Assembly: GCF_036365525.1 (NCBI RefSeq)
Contig: NC_090401.1
Coordinates: 42,740,683-42,804,682, forward strand
Direction of reading: 5' to 3'
Source of the DNA: Heterodontus francisci
Lineage: Eukaryota
DNA: 64,000 nucleotides
The notes below the pieces were generated by a model that saw only the letters and a program-made list of their open reading frames with translations, searched no databases and had not been told where the DNA came from. A program made the position numbers and the translations under genes. Positions 11,631-24,824 of the stretch are shown in pieces (the stretch's first letter is position 1; each line of letters opens with the position of its first letter).

Positions 11631-11875
11631 GTTAAAGTTGTTATATAAATGCAGATTATTGTTGCATCAGTGGTGGGTGCTGTTCTCCATTGATTCCAGA
11701 CTTGTGCTATTTTGGATCCTCTGCTGTCTTTTATTTTTTAGATTCCTCTGTTGTGCGCTGTTCCTTGCCGGGCTATTTCTGCATTTCTGCTCTCTGTGTA
11801 AAGCCTGGTGGTGAACTACAGCAAGGTGAGAGGCAGCAGAGACCATTCATCCTGTGACCTTCTAAGTTGAAAGCA

Positions 11876-11923
11876 ATGGAGCCTCTTAACATAACCAGAG
11901 ACATCATCCAGCGGCAGATAAAG
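11876..11923 (+). CDS. WDTC1: WDTC1 coding exon 1 (MEPLNITRDIIQRQIK; DDB1-binding H-box)
   Basis: Matches the human N-terminus MAKVNITRDLIRRQIK. ATG in GCAATGG context, donor AAG|GTACAA. Confidence 0.95.
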
Positions 11924-12161
11924 GTACAAAGTATCTCCCCAGCCTACTTCCTGACACGTGCCGGAAATGGGGTGCTGCCCCGGGGAAGGGAGGGGTTGGA
12001 GCTTCCCTGGAGACGGTTGAGGGTGGGAGAGAACTGGTGCTGGGAAAGGCAAGGGGAGCTGGTCTGATGGGGGTGGGGCAAGTCTGGTAATTGAATGAGG
12101 CGAGGAGGTGGTGATGAATCCCAGTCTGTGTGTCTCTCTCACTGCCTCCCTGTCTGTATAG

Positions 12162-12245
12162 GAGAGGAACACTCTGCAGTTTGAACGCCGATATCACGTC
12201 ATTGATCCATTCATCAAGCGGCTGGGCCTGGAGTGCGAGCTGGAG
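12162..12245 (+). CDS. WDTC1: WDTC1 coding exon 2
   Basis: ERNTLQFERRYHVIDPFIKRLGLECELE, AG/GT flanks, 84 nt. Confidence 0.96.
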
Positions 12246-12364
12246 GTGAGATGTCTGAACCCCTGATGCCCCCTCCGCCCCACTGAAATATGAATGATTG
12301 AGTGAGTGGTGTGTGAAGTTCATTGGCTGCCTGCTGTGCTGTAACATTCATTTGGTGCATCATG

Positions 12365-12725
12365 ACTGTACCAGCTCTTTGGTAGAGCTATCCAATTAGT
12401 CCCATTCACCTGTTCTTTCCCCATAACCCAATAAATGTCCCCCCCCTTCAAGCATTTATCCGATACCCTTTTGAAAGTTACTATTGAATCTGCTTCCACT
12501 ATCTTTTCAAGCAGTGCGTTCCAGATCACAGCTTGCTACATAAAATTGTTCTCCTCATCTCGCCTCTGGTTCTTTTGCCAATCATCTTAAATCTGTGTCC
12601 TCTGATTACCCACTCTCCTGCCATTTGAAACAGCTTATCCTTGTCTATTTTATCTAAACCATTCATAATTTTGAACACCCCTATTAAATCTTCCAATACC
12701 TTATGTGCTGTAAGCAGAACGATCC
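12365..12725 (-). mobile_element. CR1 3' fragment
   Basis: Minus-strand IWNALLEKIVEADSIVTFKRVSDK is the CR1 ORF2 C-terminus. Confidence 0.75.
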
Positions 12726-12842
12726 CAGCTCCTGCTGTTCATAGACTCCCAGTAAATAATTTGTGTTGTGAGGTGTGTTTATAAGCTGTGGATGTATTTT
12801 TAACATTTGAATCTTATTTTGTTCTTTCTTTCTGCTCCACAG

Positions 12843-12889
12843 GGTCACTCTGGGTGTGTGAACTGTTTGGAATGGAATGAGAAGGGCAA
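12843..12889 (+). CDS. WDTC1: WDTC1 coding exon 3
   Basis: GHSGCVNCLEWNEKG, CAG|...AA|GTAAGT, 47 nt. Confidence 0.96.
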
Positions 12890-13010
12890 GTAAGTAATGG
12901 TCTCCACCCACCCGTTTTTCCCCCCCCCCCCCTCCACCCCTCATCCGCTCCAGCCCTTTGTGTCACAGAGCTCAAGCACTCACTTTGTCTCTCACTGTCT
13001 TCACTTGCAG

Positions 13011-13122
13011 TTTGCTGGCCTCAGGATCAGATGATCAGCATGCCATACTCTGGGATCCCTTTAGCTGCAAGAAACTGCTGACCATGCACACTGGACACAC
13101 GGCCAACATATTTACAGTGAAG
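13011..13122 (+). CDS. WDTC1: WDTC1 coding exon 4
   Basis: LLASGSDDQHAILWDPFSCKKLLTMHTGHTANIFTVK (WD40), 112 nt, phase consistent. Confidence 0.97.
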
Positions 13123-14621
13123 GTATCGGCTTCTTTCATGCTTACTGCACTCAATAGTAAACTTAATATTCATATTGGTTGTAGAGGGGATACAGTCAGT
13201 GAGAGTTTTGTGCTTTATATCGGTTGATCCTGAAGGTGGATTCCTGTTCAAACTGTGGGGCAGATTTATGTAAATCTTATATTTGATCTGATGTAAGTTT
13301 TATTTTTCCATTGTGCTGTTTCTGTCTCCATGACTGGCTCGCAATGGCTTGGGATCCTTCAACCCTGGGGCTGTTCCACCGACACTCTGAATATTTTAAT
13401 TCTGTAATTCTATCCAAAGGTGACGAAGCTTGCCATGCTCACTGGTGACTGTAAGGAATGAAAAGGTGATTGTGCCCCTGCACTTTTGGGGAAATTGCAT
13501 TGTGCCAGGCTGGAACACTGGTTGAATGGATCAAACACCAGTTGTAAATGGTTTGATTCACTGTTGTGTTAGGGATCAGCTGCAGTATTTCCCTGCCCTC
13601 TTGCCAGCATGATGCGCTGAATGGCCTGTGCTGTATGATTCTATAACCCTCAAGTATTAATGCTGAGTAAGCCTGGGAGGAGACTGAAGCCCATCGAGGA
13701 GACATAGCTTTCCAACAAAGAGCTCTCTGACTCTGAGGTGCTGTCTGTGGAACTTCATCCAGGGCTGCAACCTGGATCCTGAATCCAGCTGCTTGTCCAA
13801 TCACTTTCCCTTCGCTCCACCATAAGCAGCCTTGTATCATCTCATGGGTCCCAAGCTCTGGATTTCCCCCTCTCAACTCCTTCACCTCCCTTTCCTCAAA
13901 ACCTACTGACCATACTTTTAATCATTTCTCCCAATGTCTCCATTGAGTGGTGTCCGTTTTTTCCTTGCATCTCTGTAAATCACCTTGGGTCTTTTTTCTA
14001 CGAGTTAAATACGGAGTAAAGCTCCCTCTACCCTTTCCCATCATCACTCCCATGGGTTTTGAAATGTAGTCACTTTTTGTAGGCAGTAGCTAATTTGTGG
14101 TAGTAAGGTTCCACAATTGAGGAGATAAATTATCAGATAGTCTAGTTAGGTGGCGTTGGTTGAGAGAAGAATAACAGTGCAAATTGTGCATGGCCCAGAT
14201 TGTGACTGTGTCCCAAACTCCCATTTGGTGTAGGTCCTGAATAGCTAGCAGAGAGAGAATGAATAAGAGAAACACTTATCCCAGGAGTCAGTGCTTACTG
14301 CAAATCTGAATGGTGATTAATACTCTCCACCTTGATACCACTGAGCATAGGCAATGGTCACAGTGGTCATAGTTGATGATTGAGGTTAGGCCACTTTGTG
14401 TTAATTTGCACATATGGATTTCTACCCAGTGATTTGACGAAGGGTGCAGAGTCTGTTTATTCAGATTCACTGTTTGTTTAACCAGGATAATCATCTTTGT
14501 TTAATGCACCTCACCATACCTACAAAATAGCCGCACACAATTTGTATTGTCTGGCACGGGGGCTGCTTGCTGCATATTGGCATTGTGGAGTATTACCTCT
14601 TTATAATTCCCTATTTTTCAG

Positions 14622-14809
14622 TTCCTTCCTCACTCGAATGACCGTACGCTAATTACTGGAGCTGCTGATTCCAAGGTGCACGTCCATGACTTGACTGTAA
14701 AGGAAACTGTTCATATGTTTGGCGAACACACCAATCGTGTGAAGCGAATTGCAGCTGCTCCTATGTGGCCCAACACGTTCTGGAGTGCGGCAGAGGACGG
14801 GACAGTCAG
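14622..14809 (+). CDS. WDTC1: WDTC1 coding exon 5
   Basis: FLPHSNDRTLITGAADSKVHVHDLTVKETVHMFGEHTNRVKRIAAAPMWPNTFWSAAEDGTV, 188 nt. Confidence 0.97.
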
Positions 14810-15289
14810 GTATGTGTCCCAGGATAGGCTGCAGCTTGTAGCTGTGACTGTGAGCCCACTTATCACAATACTTTATAGTGTGGGAGAACCAGCCAGACTC
14901 CTCAACTCACAGATACTGTCCTTGTCATTCACGTCATTCTCTGTGCAGTTTTAAGGAAGTGTGTCTCAGGTTCGCTGTGTCTTCACACTCGCCTCTCATT
15001 TGTCTCCTATTCTTCCCCCAGGCCCAGAAATCTTCCCTGGCTCCCCCACGCCTTTCCCCCGCCTCCCCCACTCCCTGCCAAAATATTGCCCAGTGCAAGC
15101 TTGGGATTTTTTTGATGGGAGACCTGCCACTTTGGTACCACAAGTACCTCACATCATCTCTGCTCTTGGGCCGTTAACACTGAGCATTGCATCTGTTTTC
15201 ATGCAGCATCTGTGACACCAAAGCCCTTCACCCAAATGCAATCATCTAAAACCTTCTGGAGTTCGGGGTTTTTATGACAGCTGATTTTA

Positions 15290-15520
15290 AAAACTCGAAC
15301 GAAGAGGTAGGTTTTGAGGAGCATCTTAAAACAGGAAGTAGAGTCAGAGAGATTTAGGGAGGGAATTCCAGAACCTTAGGGCCTAGGCAGCTGAAGGCAT
15401 GGACACCAATGGTGGAGCGAAGGAAGTGGGGGGACATGCAGGAGGCCAGAATTGGAGGAACACAGAGATCTTGCAAGTTTGTAGGGCTGGGAGTGATTAT
15501 GGAGACAGGGAGGGGCAAGG
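15290..15520 (-). mobile_element. L2 LINE 3' fragment
   Basis: Reverse complement resembles the L2 3' region at 54900-55140. Confidence 0.6.
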
Positions 15521-15617
15521 GGAGGGCCAGCAATCGGGACATTGTCACAGAGGGGCTATTAGTAACTGAGCTTTCTTTCATCTCCATTAATGTGCAGTCT
15601 TTCCTTTTCTATTGCAG

Positions 15618-15800
15618 GCAGTATGACCTGAGAGAGAGCAGCAAGCGCTCGCAGGTACTGGTGGATCTCACGGAATACTGCGGGCAGCATGTGGAGGCGA
15701 AATGCCTAGCCATTAATCCTCAGAACAATAACTATCTTGCTGTTGGGGCGAGTGGGCCCTTTGTGCGAGTCTATGACATTCGCATGATTCACAATCACAG
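15618..15800 (+). CDS. WDTC1: WDTC1 coding exon 6
   Basis: QYDLRESSKRSQVLVDLTEYCG...GPFVRVYDIRMIHNH, containing the DxR motifs, 183 nt. Confidence 0.97.
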
Positions 15801-17191
15801 GTAGGGTAGAAGCTGCGGGCACAATGACAGCAACATGTACAAGTTGTGCAGAATATTCCCTTCCAACAGGTAGCGAGCTGGAGACCCCATTATTTCAGTT
15901 ATTGTAGGTGCAGGGTCCAAGTGCCATCCTTCCAGCCAGTGCAAATTTAGGCCCTCTGGCTTGGGGAGATTGGGAGCCATTTGTGAATTACTACTGTTAA
16001 ATTATGAGGTTCAGTAGAATGAGTGCCTGTTCCTTTTGAGGGTTGATCATTGTAAGAGTGGTTAGGGCAATGTCAGAAAAGCACTGTGTCCAGCATACAT
16101 TCCTGTACCTTCCCATAATGGGTTAGTCATGTACAGAAATCTGCATTCTCCTCAAGGAATACGTAGACTCAGTCCTCAGATGTATGGACTGCCTTTGTCT
16201 CCTTTCCTTCAACTTGTAGCCAAGCGCTGTTTCTAGTGCCTTTGATTGCTGGACTTTTGCTTCTTGGGGCACTGGCTGCCCTTGCCTCACACTAGTGGTA
16301 ATTCTTCATGTATAAGCCTAGAAAGTGAGTGTTGGCTTGGTACCTCATTGGCACATTATGTTTGAGCCCGATGCTTTCCTCACCAAATATTCACCTGTAT
16401 GTAAAGCTGACTGGAATGTTTGCAAGAGCAGGACCTTTGATGGTTTTCTGTTCTTCCAGCCGCAGAACACTTAAATCAATTATCTGAGCCCAACTGAGGT
16501 GAGCTACCTGATCATAGACTGGGCAGTGAACCTTTGACATTCTGTTCCCTGCACATCTGCTACTCTGTCATCATGGATGTTGTTTGCTTTTTTTTGTGGT
16601 TGTGAAGCTACCCACTGAGGTCACAAAGCCATGTGAAGCTGGTGGTTTTTGGACGTTAATCAAAGTGACAAATTAATATTTGGATTGATGTGCTCTTCAT
16701 CAGGTTTGACATGTGGATTCCAAGTGATTGAGAAAGGAACTCTAACCTCTGTCAGCTTCAGGCGTATAGGCGAGAGGGTGATTGGTGAGGGAGGGGTTTA
16801 CTGTGGAAAAAATCCCCTTGTTCCCTCTTTCACATCTGACACCATTCCATTGCCACCTCCTGTGCTCTGGTTGGCAATGGCAATTGCACTGTGTTATCCT
16901 GGGCAGAGCTGCCCCTCCTGTTTATCATCACCGTACAAGCCCATGTCATGGTGCAGTATTCAAATCATGCAAAATATTTATACAACACCAATTAATGGAG
17001 TTTATGATCTGTGGATTCACTTATAAGTAAGATTTGGGGTTAAAGCAATTTCTGTCAACTAAGTGGAGGATCACTGCAGTTTCTTTTGTCTGATTTCTCT
17101 CATCACCATCTCCCACTGCCTCCTCTGGTCTCTGCCTCCTCCAGTCTTCACCTTGTGTTGTGTGTAATCTTATTATCTTTCCTTTTGGTAG

Positions 17192-17286
17192 AAAAGCAGC
17201 AAAGCAGAGCTCGACCCCTGGGGTGCACACATTCTGCGACAGGTACAAGTCAATGCCAGATGGAGCTGTTCAGTATTATGTAGCAG
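17192..17286 (+). CDS. WDTC1: WDTC1 coding exon 7
   Basis: KAAKQSSTPGVHTFCDRYKSMPDGAVQYYVA, 95 nt, TAG|...G|GTATGT. Confidence 0.94.
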
Positions 17287-18764
17287 GTATGTAGTGTTCA
17301 GTGTTCCCTTTTGATGCATGCTGCCAGGTTTGTTTACAGACCCTGAAACAATAAGTTACTTCTGTTTCTCCAGATTCAAAATGATTTTTTTTTTCCTGTA
17401 TGTCCCTTTGTCAGCACTAGTAGTCCTTGGTGTATAGCTGCTGGGCCCTGGTGGCATATATTGGGGAATCCTAACCCAGTCCACAACCAAGCCAAGGACT
17501 TATAACCTTGGGCTAATCGGGTAAAGGTTGCAGATGCAGAGGGATGGTATGTTCTTCATTACAGTAATCGAAGACCCAGCAATACTCAGATGGCGGTTTC
17601 TACACTGGGATGGGATGGGCTTCATAAAATCTAGTATGGAGCATCAGAGAATACTCTGTTTCCAGCCTGACAATCTGAAGACTTCATTCATTTGCCACAG
17701 TAACTGACTTCTGTTTGGGCTCGATGACGGACCTGTTCCTAAGTGCCTATGCTGCTATCAGAAACAAGTCCAGCTACCCAACAACATCCCCAATCCCTTC
17801 ACTCTGCACAAATGCATCCAATTTATACTGTCCACTTCACTGTTCTTCCCTATAACTCATTCCTTCATTAGACTTTGGTTGAACTGAGTCTTGGATATAA
17901 CAGCTCACCGCATATACAATGCCTTTAATGTAAAACTTCACATGGTGTTGACAGATTGTGTATGGAATATAGGCATGAGCCAGAAATTAAAGGTGGTCAA
18001 AAGCCATGGGTTTGAGACTTTTAAAGGAGGTGAGAGGGTTGAAGTAGTAGAGATTTAGTGGGACAGTTCTGCCTGTGACACTGGAGGAAACAGTTGTTGG
18101 TGCTGGATATCATGTGTAGGGCATGTTCACAAGATGCTAATCCTTTCCAGGAGCAGGCTATCATTGTGAAGGCGGTGTTGCTAATGGGTCTGTCTATGGT
18201 ACCAGTAAGAGATGAATGAGAGGATGTGCAACATGTGACTGTTGTTACTGAAGGATAAAAACCTTAAACTAATCTGTTAATCCAGCATTAATTCTTCCTT
18301 GTCCCTGATAGCATTGCATGCATCAGCTGTGTCTCTTTAAATATTTTTGCATAGTTTATTTATATTAAAGTCACAATTAAAGCTTGAACCAGTTGGAGAA
18401 TTGTGTAATTGTTGCCACTGTTCTGAACGGAGACCATCCATGACCCTAATTCTCCTTTCCTCCGATCACCTTCAGAATATTAGTGCTGTTAGTAATGACT
18501 CTCCGTATAGGCTGCTGGACAATTCTGTAAATTTAGTAATGGCCCCATTATACCCTACAGAGGGCTGAAGCAGCCACACTTCTTACTCCTGCTAGAAAGT
18601 GCATGATTGGATCTTGAATGAGGCTATGTAATGCCTCTTGTAGTTAAATAGCTTGCCAGTACTGTCACTGAATAGGTAAGACCTGACCGAGACACTCTGG
18701 CTGTACATCCAGTTTATTGTTGTTCTGTAATTTCTTACTAATTCTACCTTTCTCTTTCTTCCAG

Positions 18765-18880
18765 GTCATCTCCCAGTAAAACAGCCCGATTATAACAATC
18801 GCCTCCGTGTGCTCGTAGCCACTTATGTGGCCTTCAACCCTGATGGAACTGAGCTCTTAGTCAACATGGGAGGGGAGCAG
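18765..18880 (+). CDS. WDTC1: WDTC1 coding exon 8
   Basis: HLPVKQPDYNNRLRVLVATYVAFNPDGTELLVNMGGEQ, 116 nt. Confidence 0.97.
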
Positions 18881-20012
18881 GTAGGACAGGCGCAGTCAAT
18901 TCATTATCTTTTTGTCAAAAGGCACCCTAGGGAAAAGTTTGAATCTTTTACATCAGAGTCCTGTACACCGGGGGTGTGGGGGGTGGTGGTGGTCGGGGGA
19001 GCATTGCTCCCTGGGCCCTGTAGATGGACAGACACTCTTTCTACGCACCCCCACCCCCCCAGCCAATCCCAGGCCCTGTACATGGGGTGGCACTCTATGC
19101 GCCCCAGCCCTGGACCCTGTGCGTTGCAAGGCACTGCCCTCCCTGCCCATCCCCACCCCACCAGGCCTTGACCAGCAGAGGAGGTCTGGAACAGAATGTT
19201 TTTCTCCCCACTCCATCTAAATCCGTGGCTTGAATATGTTGATGTAATTAATGAGGCGTAAGACAGGAGCTTTCTTACACAGTGCCCTGGAGGAGTGTCG
19301 ATGAGCAGTTCCTCATTTATTCTGTGAGATGACACTGAGTATTTCTTTAGAAAGACAATAATTATGTGCAAAGCTCTAGGCAAACTGGACTGTTTGACAG
19401 GCCGGGGGCTGCTTATACCTTGGGTATAAATAGAAATAAATACACTTAATTAACAAGTCACATCTGAGCAAAAACTTGAAATGGAAATGTGCCAAATTTG
19501 CTGCGGGATTAGTGTGATATAGCACGTACTGACCACATGGGAGGGACAGGAACCCTCAACCAGTGAAGAAAAACTCCCTCCCACTCCCTGTTCTGCACTG
19601 TCCTTGCAGGCACGGTTTAACTTGTAATTATGTCCATTGTCGATCAGTAGCAGAGCAGTTGCTGTGGGAATGTTAAGCCTGGAACAAAAACAGAAATATT
19701 TAGCACAAGTGGAAGTCATTCAGGGCTTGCTGCATGTGGTTAAGTTGGACTCTGCTTGGCTTGATTTTACATTGTTCCATTCCGCTTTTAAGGGAACTAT
19801 AGAAGAACCTAAATATCCCATCCGTGGATTCCTGATGGCGTTCATGAGGCAGAACACTATTTCTTCATATTTGCCAAGCTTTTTGTGGAGTTTTGTTGAA
19901 GGAGTCAGATTATTTAGTTGATTTGGTGCAAGACTGCACTAGATTTGTTTGGTTTTGAAGCTACATTGCATGGTTAACTCACAACAAGCAAATGAATGTC
20001 TCTCATTTACAG

Positions 20013-20088
20013 GTCTATTTGTTTGATCTGACGAATAAACAAAAGCCCTACACATTTCTCTTACCCAAGAAGTGCCACCCCTCTACTG
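20013..20088 (+). CDS. WDTC1: WDTC1 coding exon 9
   Basis: VYLFDLTNKQKPYTFLLPKKCHPST, 76 nt, donor G|GTGAGT. Confidence 0.95.
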
Positions 20089-23000
20089 GTGAGTTACTTA
20101 GCGTGTGTAATGTCTGTGGCAGATAAAGGGTCTGTGCGTGTCATGCACCACAGTATTGGCCCAGCCTCCTTCAACTTCTCTGTCCATGACTGAGATTCTC
20201 TTTCAGTATTTTCTGTACAAAATCTGAGCCTGAGGGGGGACAGTTCCTGGGATTCTCAAAGCCAGTGGCTGGCAGTGTGGGCGAGCTGTTTGTGATAGAG
20301 AGATGTGGGGCAGGATTGGAGCTGACTTCTTTCATTTGTCCTCCCCATTTGTAAGGAAGTTTGTGGCCGTACTTGTGTGAAACTGTAGCCCTACACTGTG
20401 GCCTGGATTATGGCTTGGATGTATTGCTGTAACTGATTGCAGCAACCAATTTCGAAGGAACTTTGGTTGAGTTGCTGCAGTGCATCTGTAGACGGTACAC
20501 ACTGTAGCCTCTATGCAGGAGGTTCTTAGTCCGACGGCAGGGGCGTCAATCTAGCCAATTGCTCTCTTGAGAAGGGATTGAGGTAGCGAGTGTTTAACAA
20601 CTGCACCAGGCAACTGATGAGTATCCATCAGATTCCTGATTCGAGCCCCTTTGTAGGTGGTGCACGGTTTGAGTGGGCAGGCTATGTGGAAGGTAGACAG
20701 CATAGAAAGCAACAGTATTATTAAACTGCCTGTTGTAATCATGTTAACTTATGCTGATATTGGGGCTTTATGTAGATTTTATAAGACTTTCAAAAAAACT
20801 CGTTGAATATTCGTGTAAGCAAATTGGTGGAGCAAGAACACAAAGGCCATGGACATAAATGGTGAATGAAGTTTTAAGTGTGGATATCTATTAAAAATGC
20901 GTTTTCCCAGAATTGTGGATATGTAAAAGGAAAAACTCCGAGAAAAAGTGTTTCATGTGACAACAAATTCCTTAAAGCTGGACAAAAAAGCAGTTTAGGT
21001 TTGAAGATTACAGTGATGAATACAGATTCTGACCCCTGGTGGTTTTGGACCTCTGGGACCCCGTGTCTGTTACCCATGGAAGCAAGTGATTGTGATATGC
21101 ATTCTTTACCTATTGGAAGGACATGGTTGTCTTCATCCTACATAACAATTGATACTCAGCAGGGTTTAGCCTTTACTGGGACCATGGCCTACATTTCCTC
21201 CATCGAATGATCCACTAAATAAGCATTCAAAGAATTGGACTGAAAGCTGAAAGTGTCATGGCTCTGCAGTTATATATATTTGTGTGTGACAGCCACATTC
21301 TCCTCACCATAGGCATCCATTAGAAAGGAGGGAGAAAGGAATAGAAGGATATGCTGTTCAGGTGAGATTAAATCAATAGACTGGGGGCAGGGTGCTTGTG
21401 CAGGGCCCATTACGGTGCTGTAAATTCTATTAAATATTTATTTACAGATGAGAACAAAATGTATGACTTTAAAAATAGGACTGACTCATATCTGCGCCCT
21501 GATTCAATTATCCCCCGCCCCAAACCCGCTTCACTTGAGCACCACATGATCTTTACAGCCATGGACAATGCCACAAGAGGTTGGGTAATTTATCATAAAA
21601 TGTTTTCCTGTGTAGTTGACCTCAATGACTCTAATATTGAAGAATTTAGGTTTCTCCAGGATTAAGTGACGTGGGATTTTCATGTGTAACAGCCAATGAA
21701 CCCGGGGACAAAGGATCACAAGGTTAGTTTGGATAAAGGCCCTCCATCAATCCATTTCATCTCATTATTTCAGAATAACAGCTTTGCTGTCTCCTGATTA
21801 CAACACCGAAACAGCCAGGCACAGCCTTGTTTGGCAGCTCCAACAACCTAGCATTCTTGTAACATGGCACTGAGTGTCAGCCTAGAATATGTGTTCGAGC
21901 ACAGGAGTGAGGCTTGAGTGCTCAATCTTGTGATCCGAGTGTTGAGAGTGTTGCCCACTCAGCCGAGCTGACACCCCCAGTTGACCAAAGTTCAATGCAG
22001 TGGACAACGATTTCGTCATAGGGTCAGCATATGCTGTGAGACAGCCGGTTACAAAGTACTTTACCCAAAAGTATTAATTCTGCTCAGGCCTTGGATAGGG
22101 TTCCAACAGTTGCTATATTAGTGATGGTCTATTCAAAAACCTGAGATTCCCAAACTTATGAAAATGAGTAGTTAGAGTTTTGACATGAGTCAACATCCAG
22201 AAGAGCCAGAAATATCTGCTAGCATGTAGATAAATTAAAACTTGTGTCAGAAAAGTGCCTCCTTTTTACCATCACAGCTCAGTGAGGCTCCTTGGCTGAA
22301 AGGTACAGCTTTACTTGTCAAAATGCTCTCTCTCCTCCCGAGAATCCTGACCGCACCCATGCATTTGCTCCGTTTCTGTAGAGATTTATTAAAATTGCAA
22401 ATGCTTGAAATCTGAAATAAGAACAGAAAATGCGGGAAGCACTAAGGCAGTCTGCTTGCTTCTTTGGGGATGACAGACAAGTTTAATTTCAGTTATATAC
22501 CCTTTGTCAGAAGGAGGTTATTCCCTCTTTCTTGGTCTGTCCTGGCTAATTGTAGTTGTTTATCTCTGTCTCCTCCATTGTGTTCACTATCTGATATCCT
22601 TACATTGGTCTCTGTGGAAATGGCCAATCTTTGTGATCACTGGGTGCACTCTGCTTTTGCTATTGTGCTGACATCAATCTCTGACCAACCCATCTGGGGA
22701 TGTGAATGAGACTGAGCTACATGCCAACAGCTAGCACTATGGTTTATGATTCCTAGTGGCTGGGTCAAAAACCTGGGTGCTGCATCTCTTGCTGCTCCTT
22801 GGCATTTGGGCGGTGGATCTGCCTGTGGCAACAGCTGCAGAAATTGGCTTGGGCAGCTTGTTTTAGATACTTTGAATCTTGTGTTTCTCTAAATTTATTC
22901 TATTTGTATTCAGTTTCTCTGTGTCTTTTATTTTGTATTCAGCATGTGAACTTAAACATCATACTCAAAACTTATCAAAAGGATGGTCTATATCCAGGGC

Positions 23001-23774
23001 TGCCCAGTACTTGGTGGGTGAAGGCAATGAATGCCTGGTGTGCTTATGGAGCCATCATCCCAGAAAGTATACAGGCTTAATCGTCCATCGCCAGGGCAGC
23101 AATTGGTGCATGACAGTTGGTCACAGTACCACTGCATTACAGAAGAAGAATGAGCCAGTGTTCCTACTACTGAACTGAACAAAAAGCAAAATATTTACTG
23201 GAAATCTGAAATAAAAACAGAAAATAGCTGTAAATGCTCAAGACAGTCAGACAGTGTCTGGGGAGGAAAAAGTTAGTCAGTCTGTTCCTCCTCGGAGCTC
23301 GGAAATATTAGAAATTTTCAACATTTTTTTAAAAAGAACACAAGGGAAAGGAACATGCACACTGGGAAAGAAATAGAGCAACTGTTAAAATGCTGGGTGG
23401 AGAACAAGAGATGGTTAAATGGTACATGATATTAGTGGGGGAAAGGGGGCATAATGAGAGAAAAAAGAGATGTACGAGGCACAGAGTATAGGAAAAGAGT
23501 TTCCAAGGAAAGGGAAGCATGAAAAATCAACACGATGGAACAGTGGTGTAGGTTGGCACTGGGATTGGACAGGATAGGACTGTGCTGTGGTGTGCGTGGA
23601 TTCTGGGTGAGGACAGGATTGGGATCAGATTCTGCTGGTATGCATCTGTTACCGTCCAGCTTCTTGAGGTGTGAAGTGAGGAAGTGAAGCTATTTGAATT
23701 ACTGTGGGAATGAGTGTGCTCTGTCACATGGCTGCAACATTGCTAGTGATTGGGAGCAAGCAGTAGACATTACT

Positions 23775-24078
23775 TAGAATTTACAGAAAAAACAGGCCAT
23801 TTGACCCAACTGGTATGTTGTGCTTGTATATATGCTCCACATCAGCCTCCTCCTGCTCTACTTCGTCTAGCCCTATCTACATATCTTACTATTCTGTTCA
23901 CCCTCCTGCTTATCTAGCTTCACCTTAAATGCATTTGTGCTAATTGTCTCACTATTCCACGTGGCAGCAAATTCCACCTTCTAACCGCTCTCTGAGAAAA
24001 GAAGCTTCTCTTGGAGTCCTTATTGGTTTTATTAGTGGCTATCTTATATTTATGGCCTCTAGTTTTGGACTCCCCTAC
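23775..24078 (-). mobile_element. CR1-type 3' fragment
   Basis: Reverse complement of the family seen at 54030-54340. Confidence 0.6.
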
Positions 24079-24168
24079 ATCAGTTCTAAAATTGATGCTG
24101 CAGCTACCAGTCCTGTCTAGTCTTTCGGACTGTAATTACATCGAATTCCTTTCTGTCTCCCTGGGAGA

Positions 24169-24561
24169 TAAAGGCCTGCTCAGGTCGTGAAAAAGAACCA
24201 GACCGATCCACAGCGGACCCGAGCCCAACCCCACTCGGTCCGACCCCACCATCCCTTTACTTACCTTCCGACTAGGAAGCTCCACGAAGCTGCAGCGCAT
24301 GCGTGATGGCATCATAGTGACATCACTCGCTCACTGCACAGACTCCGTTTCGTCCCGGACTCCCAGCTCAGCTAAGTTTTTATTTTTAACACTTACCGGC
24401 AGAGCACTTACCGTGTGTGTCCAGCCTGACCTGACCCCACTCGACCTGGACTCGACCCGACCCAAGTCCGAAAGCCGGACCCGGAAGAGGGGCCTGACCC
24501 GACCTGTGCCCGAGACCTGTCGTCAGGTCCCGTCGGGCTCGGGTCGGGTAGCAGGCCTTTA
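24169..24561. mobile_element. hAT MITE, same termini as 3162-3447
   Basis: TIR TAAAGGCCTGCT/AGCAGGCCTTTA, perfect 8-bp TSD CTGGGAGA (24161-24168, 24562-24569). Confidence 0.92.
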
Positions 24562-24824
24562 CTGGGAGAATGCTGTTATAGTCTCAAATTTGGAGGACTA
24601 TCATTGTCACAGGGTATGTTTGACTTTTCAGAGATTCACCTTGTGACCATTTAGCAACATATTAGCATTGTGTGTTTAAAAACATTACATTTCTACCCAA
24701 TGATTTGCATTACTATAATCACTCTGAATAGAAAAAAGTACTTCTCTCTTTATCAGGGAGTCAGTAAGCAGAACAGTGGGGGGTAGCTTTGGTTCACTAA
24801 CAAAGTGCGGGTAAAGACACGATG